This document shows, one piece after another, positions 51,957 to 64,000 of a stretch of 64,000 nt of DNA. Position 1 is the first letter of the stretch. Each line of letters opens with the position of its first letter. The translations under genes were made by a program, and so were the position numbers. The notes beneath the pieces were generated by a model. That model made no database searches. It was given only the letters and a program-made list of their open reading frames with translations, and was not told where the DNA came from. The DNA comes from Eledone cirrhosa (Eukaryota): assembly GCA_964016885.1 (NCBI GenBank), contig OZ024742.1:229276001-229340000 (forward strand). Direction: 5' to 3'.

Positions 51957-54072
51957 GTAATAATAATAAATTTGAAGACTAAAATCCAAAGAGGGCTCGA
52001 TAAGGATAAATATATATCAAATATATAAGAACCGTGGAGCAAATATTTATTAAAATAACAGATTAAAGTTTAAGCAAAGAATCGCTGCTTTCACCCTTAA
52101 CGGGATCTTCTGACACTAACAAAGTCAATCTGTGAACCCAGAATGGGATATTTCAAAAAACGTTGCAACCGGAGGAAAACAGGAAGACGATACTTTAGTT
52201 CGTGGGAACGTTCCCTGGAAGAGAACGGGAAAAAGCGAATATAATACGTCATTAATAGGAGTGGTGAAAAACAATTACACGCAAAGACAGAACCACGTTT
52301 ATGGTATAAAAGAAGTCGTAGACTAATGTTCTCCTAGGTGGTTCATAGAGACGTTCTCTGGCAATATACGAAAAAAACGAAGATAATACGTCATATGTGG
52401 AGCGTGGAGAGCAATTGCACGCAAAGACAAAACCATGTAAATGGTATAGCTGAAGTCGTAGACTAAAATTCTAACTAGGAAACCGAAAGAATCTCCGCTT
52501 CAGAGTTAAGAATAAAGTGAAAAAAATACAATACAGAGGTAATAGAAATTAAATAAATACATACACGCATGCAAATACGTACATACACAAGCATACGCAA
52601 AAACACTTGCCATAGGTATACAAAACCACGCACATATAAATATGTGTGTGTGTGATGTATACAAATAAATAAATAAATAAATAAACGTATATAAATAAAT
52701 AAATACGTATATAAATAAACGTATATAAATAAATAAAGCGCACACACATACCTACATGTAAATACACAAATGTTCGGATACATACGTCAACCAAAACATG
52801 AAGTACACATATACACACACCCTACATACGTACGAACCTGCATACTCACGCAGACGCAAAGCTCCCGCATACACATAATCAAACCATATGTACCAGAATA
52901 TATAAAATTATACGCCATAACATATACAATCAAATATACGTACGAGAAAGTATACGTACCTTCACAAAACATGCAGGTAATATATACTTACCTATGCAAA
53001 TAAGTAATGGTATAAACATAACATATACTTAGCTACCACATCAAGACGTAAAATATCCACGTATAGATCGTACTATCCGTTAGGGTATAATGTGGGGCTG
53101 TAATACAGGAAAGTTTTGTGCAATTTATGTTTACAAGCCGAAATTGCCTCAGATTTTTTGTTTAAGATGTGGTCTGTGGCGTAGAGTATTTCCAGGGCCT
53201 CAGCGGCGCAAAGGTCACACGGTCTTTATTTCGGTTATACGATCTAGCCCAAGCTAGGATCTCCCAGTGTAATTTATATTGGGTGTGGTTGTCTTTTAGA
53301 CTCCAGATATAAGCTGAAAGTGACGTCATATTCCTTCTTAGAGGGTAACGAAAAGAATGGGTATGCATGTAAAGACGCTGCTTGAATCTATTGGCGGTTA
53401 ACCCTATGTAGGCCCTACGGGACGTGGGTGTTTCAACCTTACATTTGTAGACAATGTTACTAGAGAGGCATTTCCCGAATAGGGGGCAATCAACTCGATT
53501 CCTACAATTACAGTTAGTACTAACTACAGGGTAGCACGTGTTCCTATGTATTTGCATGCGTGTATGTATTTATTTAATTTCTATTACCTCTGTATTGTAT
53601 TTTTAACTTTATTCTTAACTCTGAAGCGGAGATTCTGTCGGTTTCCTAGTTAGAATGTTAGTCTACGACTTCTGCTATACCATTTACGTGGTTTTATCTT
53701 TGCGTGCAATTGTTCTCTACGCTCCACATATGACGTATTATCTTCGTTTTTTCCGTTCATTGCCAGAGAACGTCTCTATGAACCACCTAAGAGAACATTA
53801 GTCTACGACTTCTTTTATACCATAAACGTGGTTCTGTCTTTGCGTGTAATTGTTTTTCACCACTCCTATTAATAACGTATTATATTCGTTTTTTCCCGTT
53901 CTTTGCCAGGGAACGTTTCCACGAACCAAAGTATCGTCTTCCTGTCTTCCTCCGGTTGCAACGTTTTTTGAAATATCCACTTCTGCGTTTACAGATTGAC
54001 TTTGTTAGTGTCAGAAGATCCCGTTAAGGGTGAAAGCAGCGATTCTTTGCTTAAACTTTAATCTGTTATTTT

Positions 54073-54076
<4 letters not shown>
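51957..54076 (-). mobile_element. 5'-truncated Penelope-like element family B with ~530-bp inverted repeats
   Basis: Arms ~52048-52578 and ~53548-54076 around a GIY-YIG fragment; ~90-nt tail on the left; in (TA)n. Confidence 0.9.
53105..53540 (-). pseudogene. GIY-YIG endonuclease fragment
   Basis: CNCRNRVDCPLFGKCLSSNIVYKC..YIGLTANRFKQRLYMH..TSLSAYIW; frameshift near the CDLC motif. Confidence 0.9.
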
Positions 54077-54169
<93 letters not shown>

Positions 54170-54619
54170 ATTAAATATAACTATGTATACGTACATACAT
54201 ATATGTATACAGACGTACAGTAGTATGTATATATATACATACATGCACACATATATATATGTACGTATGGATTTACCGAACATTTATTATAATGCTCGGT
54301 TTGTTTCTAAACAAACATCCTGAATTAAGCCGTACACTGTTTAGCAACCATCGTTGCCCTCTTGTTCAACACTGACAAAGGAACGATGTACTAGTTTCAA
54401 GCTTATTAGCTATCGTCAGTACCGTATATCTTCCTGTCAGATGATTGAACGTCTGAAAGTATATACTTTCCTTATGCATATTAATGGCTGAGCAGCCTAA
54501 TTTGCATATCGATTGGGTTAATCGGCCGGGCGCACCGAAAACGATAAATGGAAAAAGCGAAACGAAATTTCATTTCTCACTCTTAGTATGGCTGTTACTT
54601 AAATATAAGTATGTATACG

Positions 54620-54930
54620 TCACATTTATATATTTAATAGTGTATGATACACTGATATACTTAGAATAATAGGTATCACATTTATATATTTAATAGTGTA
54701 TGATACACTGACATACTTAGAATAATGGGTGTCACATTTATATATTTAATAGTGTATGATACACTGATATACTTAGAATAGTAGCTGTCACATTTATATA
54801 TTTAATAGTGTATGATACACTGATATACTTAGAATAGTTACTGTTACATGGCTATACTCAAGATTAATAGCTCTCACATTGATATACTTAGAATAACAGC
54901 TGTCACATTGATATACTTAGAATATTGGCT
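54620..54930. repeat. Minisatellite: four 56-bp units then ~29-bp units
   Basis: cacatttatat starts at 54621, 54677, 54733, 54789. Confidence 0.92.
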
Positions 54931-57900
54931 ATTCTTAGATTGCTGTCACATTAGCTTTAAATATATTTAAACTGATTATATCAAATGTCTTTAAGCCCTC
55001 GTCATTACGTTTTGGTTTCAAGGAAAATGCATCAAGGAACTTTGCGAATTTTATTTTATTTCCTGTAAGAGTGGGATATAGCTGCTCTTTATAATAAATC
55101 AATAAATCGAGCAACCTGTGTATGACATCTTGTTGCCTTGACTAGCTTGAAATGTATGGTACTCCCATAAGCCCACTTCAAATTTAACTGCAATTTGGTT
55201 GTTAGTTTATATAAACTGGCATAGAATTTAACCGCAATGGGACCGTTAGAAAACCTCATTTAAAATTTAATACAAATCTTACTGTCAGTTTGTAGTTGGC
55301 GTCAAATTTAAGGAAAATGTCACCATTTTACTGAGAGGATAGCGAGCTGGTTATGATGGAGTCAGATTAAACGTCTCGGTATTTGTTTTGGCTTACTGTG
55401 TTCGGAATTGATATTCCGTTGTAGACAACGTTCAGGGAGGATAAATAAAGAACCGGTAGAGGAGGCGTAGATTTTTCTTACATCGGTCGCCTATGCGTTT
55501 TGAGTTCAGATCCCGCTTCCTCTTGAAAGGAAATATGACTAACACATAGCATCAGCAATAGAAACATGGTTTCCTCTGTCCGATCTGACGATCACCACTT
55601 TTCCTTTTATTTTTCTAATAAACAGAATATTTTACTTTCCACTTCTTTATTCGTCGCTTAAAAGAAAGCAGCAAATTATTGATAAAACAACATTAATTTA
55701 ACTGAGTGTCTGATAGCTTCAGGTAAGTTTACTTTTCTACCATTTATAAAGTTTTCCTCAAAGTTGTAATTCCTCTAATACCTCTTCAGTCGTTGCAATA
55801 TCAAAGATAACTTTCGTTATTAAATTTACTTATTTAATCTCCAATGTAAAGCTGATATATTTATTAGCGTGTGTTTTAAGTGATTCCCTTGTTTTATTAT
55901 TGGTACTTTCTATACCGAACCGAGATATATCCATTAATCTGTTTTATAGACGTAAATATATTTGTTTTAATTTAAACATATACTTATCAGGCTGTTCTAT
56001 TATTATGTTTAAAGAATTAACATACTCATTTATGTTTGATTGTATTTTCTGCACTTTGAGATAAAATGCTAATGTTTGTTTATATATTAATCTCAAGCTA
56101 AAAGTAGTCGACAATATTTTAATGCCAGTGTGCCAAATATAGTTTCCTAGTTAACACGTTTAATAGCAGTTTCGATTTCTTCATACGCGGATTTATTTAT
56201 ATTTATATTGTTAGTATTAGCAACAGTATTTTGAATTCTAGAAACTTCCATTTAAAATTCTTTTCAATATTATATAAATATGACACTCCATTACAGTATA
56301 ATGCCTTGTATTGATTACTAATTTAGGCACAAGTTGATTAACACAAACAGTACATGACTGGTACTGATTTCGAACCCCGAAGGATGAAAGTTAAATCTAC
56401 TATCCTTAAATAATTATTACAAATTATTCAGTCCAATGCTCTATCAACTATGTCAAACCAGGGCCATATGTTACGAAATATATTGGTTTCGGATTTAGGC
56501 TCTACCGATACAGCCAATCCACTGCCCTTACAATACTTATAATAATAGGGTATTTTATTATATTAAAATGTGCTTACCTTGTGCTAGTTCTGTAATATGA
56601 GGCGCTTCCTATAGGAAATTGCCCCTATATAAGTGGAGGTGGCAGGGGAGAAGCCAGCTTTGAGAAACAGAGAAAACTGTTGTAGTTGTATAAAATACAG
56701 AAGTAGACCAGATATAGGATATGTGAATGACTGCATGCCAAGCAATCCAGTGTTAATTCTGACGGTGTAGATGTAGGATATCTATCTATATGTATAGTAT
56801 TAGCACTGACTTAGTTGAGGGAACTACTGCATTTTGAGTCTCGCTAGAATTTTATAGAAATTTAGCAGTCGTTGCTCGCGGTGGTGGATGATGTATATCC
56901 TGGCTTTGAAAAAGAAGGGCCTTCTTTCTATGTTCAGTATGTGGCGTTTCAAGTAGAGATCCTCAATGATGTGAGGCATTGTATTTGTATCGATCATGAG
57001 GATCGTAAATTCGTGCTGTTTATGTTTAATTGGTGAGAAGAGTTTTGATAAGGTTTTTTTTGATATATCTGGAATTGAACACCATTGGTTTCGACAATCA
57101 GTGTTCCAATTGTTTGAACTACGTAACAGTCTGATCATGATTTAGAATATAAATGTCTGATTATTTTATTGACACGTGTACACAACGTAATGCTGTATGT
57201 GTCAAAGTAGTCATTTTAATTACATACACAGTTCATTCGACGGATTTCTAAATTTAACTAAAACATCGAGTCGAAACTATTGTAAAGTATATTTGTTCAA
57301 GATAACATGCAGTGGGATCGAACGTGGCACCGAATGACTGCAAAACGATCTACTTTATTATCCAGCCACGCTGCAGCATGACTGCTGTGCACAATAATGT
57401 TGTCTTGTGTAAATAAAGGAGACGATATTAGTACGATTCCACTAGAGGATATCTTCTAGGTCTCGGTTAATTGGAACCATGCTCGATACTATCATATCGA
57501 CTCCAGTAAATATGTCAATTCGGTACATGATTTATCGATCCTTATTTCTAGAAAAAACTGCAAATTCGTGGAATCATTATGGGGTCAGTACAACTACCGA
57601 AGTATTTGTTCCAGCTTACTGTAATATGTGTTCAAATCCCGCCAATGTCAAATTTGCCCTACCTTCTTTCGAGATCGATAAATAAAATACTAGTCCAATG
57701 CGGTGGATCCGTTCTTCCTCTATGACACCTTCTCTCATTCTCTCCCTTACATTCTCCGGAAGAAATTGGCTGTGTTCAGATGTAGAGAGCTTTAGGTTCT
57801 ACTAGGTTAAATATTCCCAAGAAACATTCCGTCAGGATAGTGCTTCCATGACTTCATCAACATTTAACGATACTTTTCATTCTTTTGCCTATTCCTCAAA

Positions 57901-58325
57901 CATCTATATCATCCAACATAAAGTGACATAATACATATCAAAGACCCGTTTTAGAACAGTGTAGATATCCAAATTGATTTTAAACTTAGAGATAATCTGC
58001 AACCGTTGTTACTGTTTAGCCGCAGAAACAAACAAAATAACACATACATACAAACACTCATAGACCCATATATGCATACACATATATACCCAGTGGGATG
58101 AAACCGGGAACGACAACCTCAGCTCGTTGCGAAGCAATTTTCTTAACCATACCATACACCTATGTGTATGTATTCCTAAATCCACACCCTCTGAAACAAA
58201 CTCACACACACACACACACGTACGCACGCGCGCACATACACACATATATATTTACTAATCTCTCCCTATATATACATCATTACACACACATTCACATAGA
58301 CACACACGCACACACACACACACAT

Positions 58326-58410
<85 letters not shown>

Positions 58411-60931
58411 CTGATCATAATAATCCCGAAAAAAAAAAAGAGGCATGAAAAAATGAAGGAGATATCAGTTGTTTATGTACGTTGCTTCCTGATTGTTCAG
58501 ACGAATTTTTGGGGAAAGAGAAAAATGTAAAGCGAAAAATATATTTACAGACATGACAAATATAAACACATCAACAGGATTTGGAAAGTAAACAGTTTTT
58601 ATAATGAAATAACACGATCGTTAGTTGTAAACATTACCAAAGAGAGATTATTCATGTCAGGTACACTTCAAATCTCAGGTAAACATCAGATCACCTGATC
58701 AGACAAACCAGATAATTTAATTCAAAGTTAGGTAAGACGATGTGTGTGTTTGAATATTAGTACCTGTATATGTGAGTAAACTTCAGATATATATGTATAT
58801 ATATACATAGATAAATACACACGAATACATATATACACATACACATGCATATTTACACATTCATACATACACTTTATATGCACACGCACACATATATGTG
58901 AACATATGTGAATGCGCGTGATTCAATATTTAAGGTGCTTCGCTTAAAATCCTAAGATCATGATTTTTTATTCTCGGTTGCCTTACGGGCCCAAGAACAA
59001 AACACTTTATTACACGATTGTCCAGTCCACTCTTTTGGAAAACAAGTTTGCTACCTGCGATACGAAAGGACTGCATATCAGGCAGTTTCTCGTTGAATTT
59101 CTCTGGGAAATACGTCATGTGTACACATGACTATGGAGTGCTTAGACACGCACTCGTTAATTTCATGAGCAATGAGATCGATTTACCAAACAACTGGAAC
59201 ACTCGTCGTTGGAAGCAAGAGAGATCTACACAAACACACATACACAAACGTACATACGCACATACACACACACACATACATATGTATCTACATAAATGTG
59301 GTATTTCTAATTCTGGAACTAAGAAAATTCAGTATATATATACATACGTACGTACGTGTACCTACCTACATACATACATACATGCATCAATACGTACATA
59401 TATACAGACACCTATATCCACACACACGCACGCACACACACACACACACACACACATATATGTTTATATATATACATATATGTGTGTGTACGTATGTATA
59501 TATATATTATGTATATATATATTATGTGTGTATATGTATATGTATATATATATATGTATACACACACATATATATATGTATATATATGTATATATATGTA
59601 TATAGATTTTCCTTTAGAAATATATTAAAAACACGATTGTCTGTAAGTCGTATTTCTTATGAAGGATTTTCATTTTTTCGTATTAAGTTTCTTACAGTTG
59701 GATGAAAATAAGAAAACAAACTAGAATTCAGTCGTGTTTTTATGCAACATACATATATACATGCATGCACTCTCACACAGACTCGTACTCTTTCGGACCG
59801 ACGCCTCAAAAGTCTTCTAGCTATGTTGATATAAGCACTCAAGCTTTCCTTAATTCTGCTTGAAAATTGAAGGACTACTTGGGTAAATGCAGTGTCCAAA
59901 TATTTTCAAATAGATGGAATATATATTTTCATATATGTGTGTGTTTTATCCGAGCTGACCTACGGTCAAATCACAACTAATTCGATATATATTCAATTAA
60001 ACTGTGAATGCATGGGACTTCGTGGTTATGTTATTGGACTCAGAATTCGATTCCTTGACCGGAACGCGCGTTGTGATACTGAGTAAGATGCTTCATTTTA
60101 CGTTGCTATTCCCGATAGTACTGGGGCACTTATAGTCAGAAAACCCACGAAAAACCCCGTAGTAGACAAGTTTTGCTACATTACATTTGATTAAACTAAA
60201 GAATTCGAACTATTAATAATTTAGTCCATTATTTTCATGAAATATTATTTAATAAATTATTGTATCCGAAAATTTAATATATTATAGTATTTTATACGTT
60301 CTAAATATATATTAACTATTTTTATACATTCTAATGATGTCTTTTATCGCTTTTCTTTTTGTTTTGGGGTGGGGCGGGGGACAGTTAAACGCCGATTCCA
60401 CAGGTTCTGGTACCTGAGAGGGAAGGGAGCAAATGGGACTGATATCCTCAGAATGGAGATTTGATCAGCATGGGTGGCACAAATAGTATTTCTTTATACA
60501 TGCAGCTAGTAAAAATGAGTTGTACTTGTAATTCAAAACGCCAGACTTGTCACACGATATGCCTCACTGAATCACCCCGAGAACTACGTTAAGAGTACAC
60601 AAATCTGTGGAATTCTCAAACATAGGATAATTTCACGAGTAGACAGTTTCGTCGCTCGAAAAATTAGAGCATTCGTCGTTGGAAGCAACAGAGTCCCTAG
60701 CGATGATGTTGATCTTTTCTTCTTTTCGGGTTATAGCTACTGTCGCTCAGAGAGTGGGATTGGCCCAGTGCACAGTCTTTCCTCACTTTAAAAAATATCT
60801 CCACGCACAGGTATTGCACGATAGAATTAATTAATAATTATTAATACTCGTATATCGTGCAATGGCCATACTTGATAACGAGGGGGCAGCCATTATCATG
60901 TATGTATGTATTTATGTATGTATGTATGTAT

Positions 60932-61537
60932 GTCAGGTCACCAGTTGGTGCTACTGGTAACATGTATTACAGTACAACCTGTCCCATGGTCGGGTCGTTG
61001 GTGACTAAACTGGCAACCCCACCAAGGTTTCTTTGGTGAGGAGGGTGACTTTGGACATCCTACAGGACTAAAAACAAAACCTGTCAAAGGGCAAAGGAGC
61101 TCTTAAGAGTCAATAGCCATCCAAAATCACCGGGACAGATGACCCCTTAGACTTTGTCAAGGCAGAATTTAGGAGAAGGAAAACTCTGATATAACACCTG
61201 CAACCCTGATGGTATCCAATGATGTTGACTTGTTCTTCTTTTTGGTAAATATCATCTTGGTTAATAGAGTGGGACTGGCTTTGTGCAGTGCCTTTGCTCA
61301 CGTTAAAAGCTTCACGGCACAGGCATTCTTTTATATCTGGAGATCTCTCTGCACTTGTCGTCACATGGTACCATGGGCCAAGCACTGTGTCAATAATTGT
61401 CACAAGTGTAGTGTTTGTACCAGAGTTTTCAAGTCGATGGCTGGACTAAAGAGTCACACTCGTTCAGCGCATCGGTAGGGGTTCTCCTACATGGATATAA
61501 AGTAGTGGCCGTACTCGAAAACGAGTTGGCAGCCACC
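60932..61537 (+). mobile_element. Probable non-autonomous bipartite RTE-derived element in (TATG)n
   Basis: RTE-like 5' UTR motif ggagaaggaaaactctga joined to a 3' end encoding CSVCTRVFKSMAGLKSHTRSAH*; no endonuclease or RT. Confidence 0.6.
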
Positions 61538-61617
61538 ATGTATGTATGTATGTATGTATGTATGTATGTATGTATGTATGTATGTATGTATGTATGTATG
61601 TATGTGTGTATGTATGT

Positions 61618-61880
61618 TTCTCTTTCTCTTAATTTCGAGTACATTTTTAACCGGCCATCTTCCTGGTAGCAAGGTTGCAAATGAAAAGAAATTGTCATCA
61701 CTTGAATCGCAAGAATGTTTTGCAAATTTTGAAGGTGCCACCTAGCGTAGCCATTTATAGTCTATGAATTAGGGGCTGCGTTCTTTGTCCACAAATCCAA
61801 GTTTAGTTGTACTTAGGTCCAAACGGGTTGGTACATAACCTGTAGCTCCAATAATGATGGGTATGAAGCTGAATGAGTAT
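61618..61880 (-). mobile_element. 3' end of a second R4-like RLE family with (TACA)n tail
   Basis: YSFSFIPIIIGATGYVP..L..LG..GTFKICKTFL parallels IPIVIGALG..GTARTLRYVL of the Dong ORF. Confidence 0.6.
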
Positions 61881-62220
61881 TATGTATGTACGTATGCATG
61901 TATGTATGTATTTATTTATTTATTTATTTATTTATTTATATATGCATGTACGTATGTATGTATGAATGCGTGTGTATGTGTGTAAGTGTGTACATGTGTT
62001 TGTGTGTGTGTGTAATAAATCCCATATAACAAAACTAATCTCCATCATAATTTTACCTCGTAGTTGATTAGAAGTACATCCACACCTCTACCACACATCT
62101 ACAATGTTATGACAGCAACAGTTGGTAGACTGCAAAAATAAACATACGTATGTAACTAATTAGATATCAATCACACATTATATATGTCTCTACATATATA
62201 TGTATGTATTTATCTATTTG

Positions 62221-62293
<73 letters not shown>

Positions 62294-63033
62294 ATATATT
62301 ATCTATCTATCTATCTCTCTATCTATCTATTTAACGTCTATCTATCTATCAACCTACCTATCTATCTATCTATTTATCGATCAATCTAACTCTGTATACA
62401 TACAAACACTCGCACACAAACACCGACACACACACGCACGCACGCACACATACACGCTTGTACACATACACATACACATACACATATACATTTATATAGA
62501 CGTACATAAATACATACGTAAAAATATCTACATACATATTGTTTCTGGTGAGTGAAACATATGGCACGTGTCTTGAACTGTAAAAGAAACTGAAATTTAA
62601 TGAAATATGATTAATGATAAAATTATAGATGAAAAACAGAAAAATTATCTTTAATAATCGATAATAAATGGCAAATGATTTAAAAAGAAAATTAACGCTA
62701 GTAGATCACGTTACTTCTGGGGATACAAAAAAAATGCACATATATTCAAATAGATTTGGTAATAGTCCTATATATATTTAACCTATAGCGTAAACATTTG
62801 TATTTACTTTAAGTAGTATAGAGTAATGGAAGTAGACCGCACGCGAGCACACTCACACACATACACACACACAGAGACACACACAGACACACATACACAC
62901 ACACACATATCTATATTATATACATTATATCATATATGTATATATATATAATATATAATATATATATATATATATTTATTAAAATAATTTTAGTCTTCAA
63001 ATTTATTATTATTACTACATATATATTATTACA

Positions 63034-63084
<51 letters not shown>

Positions 63085-63131
63085 AATGTATATATATATA
63101 TAAATGTATATATATATAATTGTATATATGT

Positions 63132-63867
<736 letters not shown>

Positions 63868-64000
63868 GGTGCTGTTGGCTTTTCGCTGCAGTGTTTTCTA
63901 TACCTTTCATTTATATATTTATACTCGGATTTTTTTCCTAGATTGCTTAAATTATTTGTGAGTAATCCCGGTTTTTTTTTATAAAAAAACTGCGATAATA

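Noticed and set aside
54005-54050. Hammerhead in the Penelope B terminus (cagaaga..gaaa)
   Set aside because: Core is CAGA rather than CUGA in all copies, and stems I and III do not form.
56560-57140. Possible LINE remnant or 104-aa ORF
   Set aside because: No diagnostic motif recognised.

Overview
AT-rich, microsatellite-dense eukaryotic DNA; the repeat content suggests a mollusc, probably an octopus (inference). No host gene can be supported, and nearly all short ORFs are simple-repeat or antisense artefacts. 3.77-21.77 kb is an ~18 kb train of retroelements inside one (AAT)n tract: three R4/Dong-type RLE elements on + (two 5'-truncated; one full-length with an intact 1130-aa ORF and four ~320-bp tandem repeats upstream), two Tx1/L1-type elements on - (near-identical ORF2, very different ORF1 and 5' UTR) and a tRNA-derived SINE on -. 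The rest holds many copies of that SINE, a Helitron inside a second SINE family, RTE and HERO-like fragments, two Penelope-like (GIY-YIG) elements with inverted termini, and a cluster of fold-back palindromes, some carrying minimal hammerhead ribozymes. Coordinates were read by eye and may be off by a few bases.
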